Below, in pieces: positions 51,239 through 64,000 of a DNA stretch of 64,000 nucleotides. A program made the position numbers and the translations under genes. Location: assembly GCA_003427395.1 (NCBI GenBank), contig BFEA01000005.1, positions 6,829,673-6,893,672 on the forward strand. Direction: 5' to 3'. Every line of letters starts with the position of its first letter. Position 1 is the first letter of the stretch. Origin of the DNA: Chara braunii. Its lineage: Eukaryota; Plantae; Charophyceae. The notes beneath the pieces are model-generated. The model was not told the DNA's origin. It saw only the letters and a list, made by a program, of their open reading frames with translations, and made no database searches.

Positions 51239-51373
51239 TCTGAAGAAGAAATTAACAGCCTTTGCGAACGGCTGAAAACAGAGGAGCACAGATGCCGATA
51301 CCTTGCACAAACAATTATTGACGTCCTCCCAATCATCGAATATGCTGCACAGCAAAGACCGCTTCCATTTGAG
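51239..51373 (+). CDS. Internal exon of an unidentified host gene (45 codons, helical/coiled-coil-like)
   Basis: TTGCAG acceptor; GAG/GTAATG donor; SEEEINSLCERLKTEEHRCRYLAQTIIDVLPIIEYAAQQRPLPFE. Confidence 0.6.
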
Positions 51374-51732
51374 GTAATGTTTGAGATTATGATGTATGAA
51401 GCTGGCTTGCAAATCTTCTCATTTGCATCTTCTTATCTCAATTGTGTCCGTCTGTCTGGCAGTCTGTGCGTCCGTCAAGCATGGGTTGCCCACCCGTCCG
51501 CCTGTCTCCCCATCAGCCTGGCTGGTTGGCTGCCTGCCTGCCTGCCTGTGGCTTCAGCTGAAATGTCACTTTCTCTGCATCTGCAAAGATAATAATGAGG
51601 TTGAGATGGTCATTCTTTTATGTCGAACTAAAAAATTTGATGCTCTCTTGACCCTCAAGAGAAAGAGAAGGATAAGGGTGAAGTCTCTCTTTCTATCCGA
51701 GGGTTGCTGCTGGGCATCTGCTTCCTTCCTTG

Positions 51733-53173
51733 TGTTACGATCCTGGTCACTTCCGAAGTGCAAATTCACAAGGAAAGACAATGCCACCCAATTGTGGAGA
51801 AATGAAGGCACTTGCAAAGAGATAAGAGTCCAAAGAAGAGAGAAAGAAGACGAAGAAGAGGACATCCGTTAAAATTGGAATGATACAGAGAAGATTAGCA
51901 TGACCACTGCGCAAGGATGACACACATAAATCGAGAAATGGTCCAAATTTTGTGAAAGAAGAAGAAGAAGAAGAAGATGTACACCAGCAAGACAAATGAC
52001 ATATCCCCCCTTCTCTCTCTAGCTTCCTCCTCCTCGACTTTATTCTTCTTCCAATAATAATAATAACAACGAGTGGATGAACCTGAATCAATATCTGAAG
52101 TTCCCTCTTACTGCTGACACAACAACAGGTCCACCATAGCCATGGCTTCCCCCCGTTCTTCCTCCTCTCACATTCCTAGGCTATGGCGGACTACTAAGGG
52201 CTCTGCCCTCAACACAAAGCAGCTATGTCGCTGCCCTCCTGTCCAAAGGACAACACAAAGCGTCTATGCCGCTGCTCACTAAGCCGCCATGCGTCAAGCT
52301 TCCTTGGTGTGGCACTACCCCAACTGGGGCCTTTCAGATGCAGCGCCTATCAAGGTGATGAAGATGGTGTCCACCGTAGCCAGGTAGGTACCTCGCCACT
52401 CTCCTCCTTCGCCCCCTTCTTCCTCCTCCTCAGGCTGGGATGCTCGCCATAGCCAGGCTGAGCGCCCAGCTCCTCTCCTCCGCCAGGCAGCGCTCCAAGT
52501 CCAGCGCTTGGCTCCAGCAGTATAACGCCAATCATTGCACACCGCAAATGAGGAGGAGCTGCTTGCTCCTCCCGAAGATATAGCGGCCTACTTGCCTCTT
52601 GGGCGGTGATTTCCTAGGCCGTGCGGCCTTCCAGCTTCCGGTACCTCCTCCCTTTCAGATTGAAACATCATTGCAGGCTCTGATATCGTCTGGACAGGTC
52701 CTTGACTCAGGCTACTTGGACTGGTACCGACCTACCTCTAGCCTACCTCTACTGGGCCTCTAAAAATGCCAACTTTTCTCTTCTTCTGCTCGGCCACCAG
52801 TACCCGACAGTTCTACCAGTACTTGAGTGGTACCGGCCTACCTGCTACTTGAGTGTTTTTCCCGCTGCCCTTAGTGTCGCAGGCCTACCCCTGCTGCTTG
52901 AGTGATTTTCCCGCCGCAACCCTCAAAAGTCACGACCACAGGTAAGTACCGGCCCTGCGGGGCCTCTCAACCAAGAAGTACCCTTGCGGGTCACATGCAC
53001 ACTCAGGCCGACAAGCACTCAGACAGGCATGCAGACCAGCAGGCACACACACACACACACACACTGACTTAGAAATCACAGCAGAATGCGGGAATCTCAA
53101 CAAGGTATACATTCCAGCAACAAATCCTAGAAATCAGCAGTGTTCTCTGTCTGTGTTCTGGCGGGTCATTACA
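51733..53173 (-). repeat. 3' LTR (contains a U6 insertion)
   Basis: Direct repeat of 59526-60858. Confidence 0.95.
51860..51951 (+). pseudogene. U6: U6 snRNA retrocopy, lacking about 10 nt at the 5' end
   Basis: GGACATCCGTTAAAATTGGAATGATACAGAGAAGATTAGCATGACCACTGCGCAAGGATGACACACATAAATCGAGAAATGGTCCAAATTTT; absent from the sister LTR. Confidence 0.95.
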
Positions 53174-53186
53174 CCATCCCCCTCTC
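53174..53186 (-). promoter_or_regulatory. Polypurine tract
   Basis: GAGAGGGGGATGG abutting the 3' LTR. Confidence 0.85.
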
Positions 53187-53279
53187 AAGAGCGAGGTCCC
53201 TTTGAGTGAGTAAGAGTCGGCACAAAATGCATCGTAACCGTATATCAGAAAGAGAGTTTTGATATAACCGTGAGGAGTG

Positions 53280-56200
53280 AGTATTGCAGAAAACTTAGTA
53301 GTCTGTCCATCGATGATCTGTCGTTCATACCCGTAAACGACACGGGGAACATTCTTTAGCAGCTTTTTCCGGTCGATGTAGAACTCGTTCAACGGGCGGT
53401 AAAGGAAGGGAACTTTGTATTGTCTGTTGCTACCTCTTCCTTCATGGGACACAATTCTGTCTATTGCGTGGCCACCGTTGATCGCACGAGGTATCATAGG
53501 ATCTCAGAAGGGAAAAGTCTCATCATTAATGTGGGGTAACAGTTTGGATGTGTGGAAGACCGGATACGTACGCAGATGATGTGGTATGTCGATCGCTTAT
53601 GGAGGACCAAATTTGTCATCTCCTACCACCTTCAGAACCTGCCAAGGACCATAGTACTATGGAAGATGCTTTCGTGATAGTCCCTATTCTTTGGAAAATT
53701 CGAACATTTTGATCCATACATAACTTCCTACTTGGAAATTCCCTGCCTTTCGCGACTTGTTAGCGTGTTTGATCATGGCATGGTGGCGCTTGTTCATTGA
53801 TGCGATAGCAACTTTGAGCAGGCACACATACTTGGCATTGTAGCCAGGCATTCCAGGCGTCAGACCAGGTGACCGATCGGGGAACAGATAGGAGGGAGGA
53901 TTGCGCAGCTGCCAACCGTATTACAGCTGATTCGGTGTCATGCCAGTTGCGGAGTGAATGGAGTTGCTGTACAATCCCTTCACTGTGTGTAACTTGTCCC
54001 AGATGTTCTGACAGGGAATTAATGTCGTAGATTTGAGAGGTGAAGTCCTTCCAATCAGTACTAATGAACCTGGTGTCCCGATCGCTCACAAAAGTTTTCG
54101 GGGGTCCATACTGCAGAATGTACTGCTGGTGAAATTCTTCGATCACGAGCTTAATTGGTGCATGAGGTAAAGGAATAAAATTCAGAAATTTGGAAAAATG
54201 ATCCACGATGACCATCACTTGTGAATGCCCTCCCTCACTCACCTTTCCCATGTTTGTGAAATCAATGGAAACCGACTCACCGGGTCCATTAGGAATGGGG
54301 AGGGGTTTCAGCAGGCCATAAGGCTTATGCCTATGGACCTTGGTTCTTTGACAGACTTGATTTTCAGCCATAAACTTCTGAGCGGATCCCTTCATTCCCG
54401 GTCAATCAAACTACTACAAAAGACTTCCATAAGTCTTCTCGAAGCCGAAGTGTCCATTTCGACCATTTGCCAAATCCAGCAAATGAGTCCGGAGAGGCCC
54501 ATGGTTGGGTACACACAAACGATCAAACGTTCCATACCGTCGGAATACAAGACCCTCGCACTTGTGAAAATCAGGCTGGCTGCTAGGGTCAGCGTTGATC
54601 TGCTAAAGGATGGGGCTAAGCTCCGGATCCTTGGAATTTTTTCGACGAGATTTTCCTTCATTTTCCTTCAGAGGTCATATGAGCTCACAAGGCAAGTCAA
54701 AAACTCAAGATGCTGCGACAAACAATCACTGACACGATTATATCAGCCTTTCTCGTGTTTCAGTTTATGCAGCCAGCAAGTTAGCGTCGGAGAGAGATCA
54801 GTTTGCGTTTTGAAGCACTGCAAGGTCTGATGATCTGGGTAAACATTGAAGTTACGACCCAAGAGGTAGTGCTTCCAATGCGTGAGCACCTCTCGCAAGT
54901 TATAGAGTTCACACATATATGTGGAGGTAGCTACCTTGTGGCTGCACATGCGTTTGCTGTAATACTTGAGCAGACGCAGACCATCGCCATCATCTTGTTG
55001 CAGCACTGTGCCAATCCCACACTGGCTCGCGTCCGTAGTGACCACGAACGTGAGGTTGGGATCCGCAATGCGGAGCACAAAGTGACTTACCAAAGTCTCT
55101 TTCAAGGCTTAAAACGCAGTCTTGCATTTCTCACAACACGCATAAGTAACATTTTTGCTTGTCAGTCTCTAGAGTGGGCGAGCACTGAGATTTTAGGTAC
55201 AAACTTCCCGTAATACGAAGCCAAACCAAGAAAGGAACGCAGTTCGCGTACGTTCGTTGGTTGAGGCCACTTTCGTATGACCTCGACCTCGGTTGCCTCA
55301 GGCTCAAGGCCGTTTGTGGGCAACCGGTGCCCAAGATAGACGACGCTGTCCCTTCCAAACTCATATTTCTCTAAGTTGAGGTGCAACTGTGCCTGCTTGA
55401 GAATCTGCAACACTTCCTCAAGGTGCTTAACGTGCTCTTCCATGAACTTGCTAAAAATCAAGATGTCATCAAGGTAAACGACAACAAACCTGTTGAGCTG
55501 ACGGCGGAGAACCTTGTCCATGAGGCACTGAAATGTGGCTGGTGCATTCGTGAGACCGAAGGGCATAACGATGAATTCGTATAATTTTGAACGCAATTTT
55601 GTGCTGGTCGTTCGGATCAAGGCAAGGGATAAACGTCCTTTGTAGTGATACGATTGAAGCCACGATAGTAGATACACATCTGAAGTTGCCTCCTTTCTTT
55701 GGCACAAACAGGACAGGTGCACCGAACTCAGACTCGCTAGGCGTAATCCATCCACGATCAATCATGTCGTCAATCTGTCTTTTCAAGTCCTGCAACTCGC
55801 CTTTCCCCATACGGTAGACGCAACCTTTTGGAGAAACACTCCCTTCTATTAGCTTGATCTTGTGTTTGACCGAATGCTGGGGATCTCCATGAGGTGCAGC
55901 CAGAACTTCAGGAAATTGATGTAGTAGATGGCGAATGTTTTTTGGGACTTCTGGTGGAGGAAGGAGAGAGGGAATCAGTTTGAGAATTTACAGCAATAAC
56001 AACCGAATTTGAAGTAGTTGGATTAAAAGTGGACTTATCTTTTACAGCAGAAGTAGATGGAACAGAAGTAGACGTAGTAAATGCATAATTATTTTATGAG
56101 GTAGAAAATGCAGCTAAAGTAGAAGGTACATGGAGAGCCTTTACAAGGGCTACATGCATATGCTCACCTTCTTTGCGCGTGCGCACTGATCTGCAGAATT

Positions 56201-56893
56201 TGCTTGCACTCACTTGGATTCGTGTGTCTCATCCAACAAGATGGTACGCTCGTTCCCTTTGGTGTCACGCACCACGAACTGAGTATCCGCCCACGTGGCT
56301 CTTAGGCAATGGGCTTTTAACCAGCCCAAACCAATGACCGCGCCTAAGGTACACTTGTCGAGGACGTAGAAATTCAACTCATGAGTGATAGTGCGATCTT
56401 TGTCAAAGGTGATGCGCACACCTTTGACAGGATATGTTGAGGTGACAACCTCTTGGTTGCCTACCTGGGTCTGACAAGGGTTCCGCAATTCCACTTGCTT
56501 CATTTCGAGGTCCGCCTTACGAATCCCGTTAGGAGAAAAAAATTTAGTTGTCGAACCATTATCAATCAAGACACGGATGTATTGGCGATTGATGAGCAAC
56601 TTAAAGAAGATCAGTTCCACACCCTCTTGAACACGGTGTTGCTGCTTGAGCTGCAGCCAATGTTCCAGGTGAGAATGAAAGTTTGACTTCCTTAGTTTCC
56701 TCCCAAGGCTTCGTGTAAAGCACTTGGACTGCGGTAACCTTGGATTCAGCGTCGTCCGGGTTTCAAGAGCAGGCTGTTGATCAGATTCAGGCTCCTTGGA
56801 GGGCCCTGCAGCGGACTGTTCAGCTTCCCTTGTTGTAGAGAGTGCTGACGACTCCTCTATGCCCTTTGCCTGTTTCCTTGCAGACGGTAACAA
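53280..56893 (-). pseudogene. pol: pol (protease, RT, RNase H, integrase, chromodomain), many frameshifts and deletions
   Basis: VLIDNGSTT; SEFGAPVLFV; VYLDDIL; TTDASQ; PYGLLKPLPIP..SIDF..VSDRD; chromodomain-like IDRIVSHEGRGSNRQYKV at about 53320-53480. Confidence 0.93.
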
Positions 56894-56899
56894 TCTTGC

Positions 56900-58200
56900 A
56901 CTGAGTGCCTAGGCTGTTCACAATGCAAGCACACATGCAATTCGGATATTCTTTCCCATTCTTTTTAACTGATGCAGATGTCTTTGCACGCCTGGCGAGG
57001 TCTTTGGCTTCTAGGTTGACTAGATCCGTCAAGAACTCATGCTAGGTTGAATGCTCCTTGAGTCCTAGCCAGGAGACATAGTCTTTAGGGGCCACTCCCA
57101 TAACTACATCCCTGCAAGACACGTCAGTCCATCCCAGGTTTGGAGTAGTGAACAAACTAGTCAAATGCTGTTCCAACCTCAAGTTTCAGCCTTGCCTCGA
57201 GTGAAGCGTGCTTATCTTGATATTGTGCGATGAAAAGGTCCTCAAGAGTGCGTGCAGGAGTCATTTTCAGCCACTCAGTCAGGTCAATCGTTTCGTAACC
57301 TGCACTACCAGCTTGTAGTTCAATAAAACTAAGTATGGCGGGTTCAGTATTCGTGCCCATGATCATACTTCGGTCTTCCTGCAGCGTACGCAGTACCTCA
57401 AAGTATGAGCGCATGGAGCTGATCCAAGAGGTGATATCCCCCTTCCCATCGTACTTGGATGGCAGCATGGCTGCCCTCTTGTTCACCATGGAACCCGTGT
57501 ATTGGACGCCAACAAGGAATGTGGTGTTTCGGGCTGATGATCTTGCATTTGGGACTGGGATCAATGCAGAACTGCCGGCGTTGCGGCTTGAAGAGCTGGC
57601 ACCGGTTCATGTGCAAGTCACAGTTCCACTTGACCTTTGCATGAGGACTGTGTTACGGGGAAAAGTTGGGACTGCAGCAGGACAAGGAGGACGAGGGATG
57701 GTCAGTTGGTCCTGCTTGAGGCCTGTAATCTCAGCCAGCAGCTCTTGATTTTGCTGTTCTAGAGCTGTCACACGCGACTCAAAATCTTCTAGAGTCTGTA
57801 GTTGGACAAAGGCTGCTACAACATCGGCTAACTTTTCTGGAAACTGAACATCTCCGGTTTTCGGAATAGTCAAAAAAGCTATTTGATCAGCAATGCTTGC
57901 CGATCTAGCCGCTACCTCTGCCTCCTTCCTCTACGCAACGCATCCTCATAAATTTTTTGAAAGAAAGGTTTCCCGTTCTCGTCTGCGGCGTCCAGCATAA
58001 CCTGCCATTGGGCAGATGAGATGTCTGCCATGCCGGAGGATGGGTTGTCAGTAGCTCTCTCACGAGGGGTCTGCTCTTGCTCATGTTTGGACGAACACTC
58101 CTCTTACCCCTCCTCACACTCTCAATAAGAACACCGTCTCTCTCCCTTCTCTCTCTTTCCACTTTCTGTGCACGCGTCTCAGTACTGGACATAGGTAGTT
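56900..58200 (-). pseudogene. gag: gag, decayed
   Basis: LPSKYDGKGDITSWISSMRSYF capsid-like motif; upstream coiled coil. Confidence 0.8.
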
Positions 58201-59511
58201 CAGATAAAAGGAAAAAATAAATCGCAAGAGCAGAAGGTAGAACTCCTAGCCGGAGAGGCAATTCATTTGGACTTCGAGAATGGCACCCACGCAGCAGAGA
58301 AAAAAGGAAAAAAAACAATTCAAAGAGGTCTTGACTTAACGAAGGGGTCCGGTCAGATCAGCTGGAGATCCCCTCTTGTCTAACCTGACATGGAACATGT
58401 ACCACGAATAAGTCATCTGAAGAAAACCAACTGAAGCAATGGAGATTTCGAGGGGTGCAGATGGTCGCCGAGCCAGACGCGGGGCAGTGCGTGAGAACAT
58501 GCAGTAAGACCAGTCAAGAGCCCCTTGAAAGGAATGTCCCTACTCGCCGTGTGTCCCCCAATTTCAGCAAAGCAAAGAAATGCACTGAAGGCCACAAATT
58601 TGGGACTGAAGGGTCCCATCCAATTGGGCCTGGTCCCACTGAGTACCGAAGGGTCCCAAGTAGGTTGTGGACCGGGACCAATCAGAAAGGTGTCCCAAGA
58701 CAGTCCCAAACTGCCTCAACCGTACTGAAAAGGAAAAAACAACTTTCAGCAAGAACCTACTCCTACAACCGTTCAGAAGTGGAAAGACAATGCACTGTAG
58801 AAAGATATGTCATTGAGAACAAGATACATCATCCATCCATCCATCATGTGAGAAAGCAATCCACATGCTCACACACACAACCAAGATCGTAGAGAAGAGG
58901 AACAGAGCCCAGCACACCCCAACAGGCCACGAAGCACCAAGCAACCACCCGTGGGCATACCCAAGTCACACGGCACTTACCTGTGAGGCCCGACCTCCAA
59001 AGATGGATAACAACTCACCCCCGTCTCTCATAGGCCCTCCTGACCTCTAGCTACCACTACTCGAAGTGTCCTAGCATGGCTAAGAGGGCCTTCCTACAGT
59101 CATGTTGCAACGCTGGATCCTCCGTCGATGTTGAAGGCCAAAGTAGCAACTTGCAGCTCTTTGCTGCAGATATGGCAGCCTCCAGTCAAGTCTCCCTCTT
59201 GAGGGAAGCCCATAAGTTACTCGATGTCTTCTTGAAGGTCAGATTCCAGGTGCGAGTACCTCTCACTCTCTACTCCCTCTCGCTTGCTCCAATCAGCCTC
59301 CTTTCTGTCTCACCACCTCATTCAATCACTCAAGCAACCTGGTCAGGTCTGATGTCGACCCTACATGACCTAACCAGGTGGGGGCAGCATCCACATACCT
59401 CACTGCCCCTTTTAACCCTAACCTCCAACCCTAATCCGAGATTAGGTTAGCCCTAACCTAATTCGGAATTAGGGTTAGGGCGACTAACACCTGTCGCCAG
59501 CAGGTAAGTCC

Positions 59512-59523
59512 GCTCCGATACCA
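59512..59523 (-). promoter_or_regulatory. Primer binding site, tRNA-Met(i)
   Basis: TGGTATCGGAGC two bases after the 5' LTR (consensus TGGTATCAGAGC). Confidence 0.9.
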
Positions 59524-59525
59524 AT

Positions 59526-60858
59526 TGTTACAATCCTGGTCGCTTCCGAAGTGCAAATTCACATGAAAGCATTTGCAAAGAGATAGAGACCAAAGAAGAG
59601 AGAAAGAAGAAGAAGAAGAATTAGAGGAAGAAGAAGATGTACACCAGCAAGACCAATTACAAATCCCCCCTTCTCTCTCCACCTTCCTCTTCCTCGACTT
59701 CGCCAATCTTATTCTTCTTCCAATAATAATAATAATGAGTGGATGAACCAGAATCAATATCCGAAGTTCCCTCTTACTGCTGACACAACAACAGGTCCAC
59801 CATAGCCATGGCTTCCCCCCTTCTTCCTCTCACATTCCTAGGCTATGGCGGGGTCTACTAAGGGCTCTGCCCTCCTGTCCAAAGGACAACCCAAAGCAGC
59901 TATGTTGCTGCCCTCCTGTCCAAGGACAACACAAAGCAGCTATGCAGCTGCACACTAAGCCGCCATGCCTGACTCTGCCTTGAGCTTCCTTGGTTTGGCA
60001 CTACCCCAACTGGGGCCTTCCAGATGCAGTGCCTATCAAGGTGATGAAGATGGTGTCCACCTTAGCCAGGTAGGTACTTCACCACTCTCATCCTTCGTCC
60101 CCTTCTTCCTCCTCCTCACGGCCGCTCGCCATATCCAGGCTGAGCGCCCAGCTGCTCTCCTCCTCCAGGCAGCGCTCCCAGTCCAGCGCTTGGCTGCAGC
60201 AGTATGTCGCCAATCCTTGCACACTGCAAATGAGGAGAAGCTGCTTGCTCCTTCCGGAGATATAGCGGCCTACTTGCCTCTTGGGTGGTGACTTCCTAGG
60301 CCGTGTGGCCTTCCAGCAACCGGTACCTCCTCTCTTTCGGAGGGAAACATCATTGCAGGCTCTGATATCGTCTGGAGAGGCCTTAGACTCAGGCTACTTG
60401 GACTGGTACCGGCCTACCTCTAGCCTACTGCTACTGGGCCTCTAAAATGCCAACTTTTGTCTTCTTCTGCTCGGCCTCCAGTACCCGACACTTCTACCAC
60501 TACTTGAAAGGTACCGGCCTACCTGCTACTTGAGTGTTTTTCACACTGCTCTAAGTGTTGCGGGCCTACCCCGGCTACTCGAGTGTTTTCCCCACCCGCA
60601 ACCCTCAAAGTCACGGCCACAGGTATGTACCAGCCCTGCGGGGCCTCTCAACCAACAAGTACCCTTGCGGGTCACACACACACTCAGGCCGACAAGCACT
60701 CAGACAGGCATGCAGACCAGCAGGCACACACACACACACACACACACACAGACTTAGAAATCACAGCAAAATGCCGGAATCTCAGCAAGGCATACATTCC
60801 AGCGACAAATCCCAGAAATCAGCAGTGTTCTCAGTCTCTGTTTTGGCGGGTCATTACA
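59526..60858 (-). repeat. 5' LTR
   Basis: Direct repeat of 51733-53173. Confidence 0.95.
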
Positions 60859-61636
60859 CTTGGATGTTCTTTTTTGGGCTGTGTATGGAATGTTGTGTTG
60901 TATGCCCAATTTGAAAGCCGCTGTGTGGGATCCAAGAGTGTAGATGTATGTCTGCTTGTGAGAGTATAGGAGGCCTGCTGCACATCCCAACTTCTCGTTG
61001 GAAGCATTATGTTGGTATCACATGCAGCCTTTATAGACACCCTAGAGACCAAGGTAGATTCCGAGCCTGCCTGCCTGCCTTCCTCCAACCGGCACCTCCC
61101 CTCCCATTGCCCTGTCTCTACCTCCATCTCTTCCGTCGTTTCGTCAACTCTCTCTCCATTCCTTCCTCTCTTCCTTCCTCTTCTCCTTCCTCCCTCCCTT
61201 CCTTCCTCCCTCACTCCCTCCCTCCCTCCCTCCGCTCCTCCTCTCCCCTTCTCCCTTCCTCCCTGTCCTACCTCCTCGTCTTTCTTCCTCTTCCTCCCTG
61301 TGCGTCTCCCTCTCTCTCCGTTTCTCCCTATCTTCCTGTCTCCCTTTCTCCCTTTCTTCCTTTCCTTCCTTTCTCCCATGCTCACTGCTTGACCCCTCCC
61401 TCCCTCCCTCCCTCCCTCTCCGGTCTTCTTGCCTCCCTCCCTACCCCCTTTGTGCCTCTCAGCTGGCCATCTGGCATCCTCTCCTGTCTATAATTTGGTT
61501 ATTGGCATTGTGGCACAAAGTTGCCCCCCACCTCCCTTCCGCACATCCTGTGCCCCTCCCCCCTCCCTGCTCCTTCGCTACACTGTCATGGTCCAGTGTG
61601 CTCAACATATCTGCTTATCGTTTGGTTTATGTGCAG

Positions 61637-62383
61637 GTCAAACAAACTGCAATGTCAATTTGGCGCTATTTGGGCACAGAAGCCGAGTGCGGTCAGAGTA
61701 GGAAAAGGGAGGAGGAGGAGGAGGAGGAGGAGGAGGAGGAGGAGGAAGAGGAGGAGGAGGTTGTGCCAGCTCCTGGAAGCTCTCCCATAACGGGCTTGTT
61801 ACATATACCGGTATGCCTGTGTAGATCTCCTAAAGGATTAAAAAAGGAGCGAAGCAAAACGGCCATTGATGTGGACGTTGCCTCTTACATTTGGAGTGTG
61901 AAGGCAAGCTTGAGGGCACCTGTAAACAGGTCAATGGTGTTGAATGGATCGGCCGATTGGCAATCGGATGACGATAACCCAATTCAGATGGGACCGGCAA
62001 GCAGATCTCCAACAGGGTGCTGCTGTGCCAGCGGGACAAGGACTACCGAGGCCGTGGGAGAGGTAGCGACCGCTTGCAGTCTGGAAGGGGAAGGAGAGGG
62101 CAACGACTTCAAAGGTCTCCAAATGGGCGGGGCTGAAGATCTAGAGCAAGTCAAAACGCCGACTTTCGGAAGAAGTTCCTTGGGTTTCTTTGCTGATTAC
62201 AGGCCACTGGGGAGCTGTGAAAAAGAGGGGGATGAAGTGTGTACAAAGTGTAGAGAAATCTTAGACGGCGACGGCGGAGCAATAGAAAATTGGAGAGCTG
62301 TCGAGCGTCTATCGAGGGGCAATGGTGCAACGATGCTGAGGCAATCGTCAGACAGCAACGTGGATTGCTTTGTGTATGATAAG
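61637..62383 (+). CDS. Large exon of the same host gene (249 codons, poly-Glu, low complexity)
   Basis: GTGCAG acceptor; AAG/GTAAGG donor; phase 0/0; joins the previous exon as ...RPLPFE-VKQTAMSIWRYL. Confidence 0.55.
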
Positions 62384-64000
62384 GTAAGGGTCATGTGTGG
62401 GGATTAATTTGTCATTTTGCGTCTGAGGAGGCAGCACTTGCTTGTGTTTGACACAAGGACTTTCTTGATTGCATCTGGCATGAATAGGTCCAGTGTGAGC
62501 ACGGCCTGAGTACACGGTTGTAGCGGCAGTTTCTCTGCCATGACCTGTTGTGGCTTCACCTGCTGAAAACACAAAAATAAATCACGAAGATAGTAAAAGT
62601 CACAAACATAATAAAAGTAACGGAGATCTGAAAAATCACAGAAATTATATAAATAGTTCAAAAACAAAACCGTACACACAACACAAAAAATTTACTCTTC
62701 TCTCTCTCAAGTATAAACGCAGAGGAAGACTGGAGGCACTCTTACTGCATGCTGCACTGTGGCATGCTCACACTAGGGCTTTCTCAACTGAATCTGGCTC
62801 TGAACTGTTGCTCAGTACGTCAGTGTATGATCACACTGTTAAACAACTTGAACCTCCAGTACGTTTCCTAGGCATTTTTTCAGAGTTGCAGCTTGCATGC
62901 TGCTGCAACTTTCGGGGCTCGGCCGCCTGGGCGAAATGGCTGGCAGCTCCAGCCAAAAGGAGTTCTCTGTGGGTTTGTTTTTTATTAACACGCAGTGCTT
63001 ATCCAGCCCTGGGGAAAAGTGCCGCGCAAGCACCTGTGGTTTAAGTATGCTCATCTTATGATTCTTAACCGATTATCTTCAAATGTGGGTTTGTGTACTT
63101 TCACGAGGGTATTTTACTATTTGTTTGCAAATTAACTTTCGGAAGTTTTGGTAATAGCAAAAGGATTTTGTTTTTTTTGGGTAGTATCAAATAGAACACA
63201 ATGGAAGAAATGTCTTGAACTGTGGTTAGGTACGTCCACAAAAGTTACTGAATGATCAGAATGTGGCCCTGAACTGCAGCCAGGTACGGCCACAAAAGTC
63301 ACTGTAATGATCACACCACAGCAACTGACATGATGTCCATGCCGATATACTCAAAAGAAGCAACCGCAGCAACTGAAGTTATGTCCATGCCGATATAATC
63401 GAAAGAAGCAACCACAGCAACTGCTGCAGAGTAAATAGCAATTATCTTCATCATAAATTCTTAACATATCAATAAAATAATGTATATTATCCGTCCAACA
63501 TACTAAGGTTTATCGGCTGAGGGCTGTGCTTTTGACCTCAACTGGGGTTGTTGGCCGTCCGATGTTCTTTTACATCCGGCGGCTGCCATTCATTGTTGGA
63601 CTTTGGATGGGCCAATGCGAGACGTGCGAAGGGAAAGTGTGCTTTTCGAGCCGTGCGATGTCAACATGTTTACTGAGTCGTTCGATGCAAAGGGCGTGAG
63701 TTGCAGTGGGGCGTACGAGATCCTTCTCCGTTTTTGTTTTGTTTTGTGTTTCCCCCCCCTCCCTTTCTTCTACTCTTTCCTTTTCATGTTCATGCGTGAA
63801 GGACAGACCAGGGCTCGAAACCACCACATGCAAGCCACTATGCGGGACGCGTGCGGTTTTAGACACTTTTGAAACAGTTTTCACCTTTGGCAGTAGCCGA
63901 TGCAGATCCCAGGGATCGATCCCTTGACCTCAGCTTACCTGTGTACAGTATCTGCACAGTTCCCTGGAGTTGAACCCGTGACCTGCACGATAGCCAGTGG

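Larger units (their letters stand above)
51733..60858 (-). mobile_element. Full-length decayed Ty3/gypsy chromovirus
   Basis: Paired LTRs TGTAA...TAACA, PBS, PPT, gag-PR-RT-RH-INT-chromodomain, 4-bp TSD CTTG (51729-51732, 60859-60862). Confidence 0.95.

Noticed and set aside
51860-51951. Functional U6 gene
   Set aside because: Lacks the first ~10 nt and any promoter, has stem-loop substitutions, and is an insertion relative to the sister LTR

Overview
Eukaryotic, repeat-dominated nuclear DNA with several assembly gaps and many (GA)n/(GT)n/(GAA)n/(TA)n microsatellites. The TE repertoire, plant-type U6 and TTTAGGG motifs, and a mitochondrial trnN fragment carrying a group II intron suggest a streptophyte alga such as Chara (inference). 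Contents: a decayed Ty3/gypsy gag-pol (1-5350) fused by deletion to a non-autonomous element with a tRNA-Asp PBS and a long LTR containing a U6 fragment; a mosaic NUMT (SSU rRNA 3' end, group II intron, trnN 3' exon); two short-retroelement families ending in TGACRATATA at (TA)n tracts, one carrying a type III hammerhead ribozyme in Penelope-like inverted pairs; a solo LTR; two L1/Tx1-like LINEs with TTTAGGG repeats in their 3' UTRs; tRNA-like Pol III heads; a Helitron-like insert in an LTR; a hAT MITE; and a full-length decayed chromovirus (51733-60858, 4-bp TSD) with a U6 retrocopy in one LTR only, sitting in an intron of an unidentified + strand host gene. The most interesting signal is the hammerhead family, two of whose copies begin just 3' of the predicted self-cleavage site.
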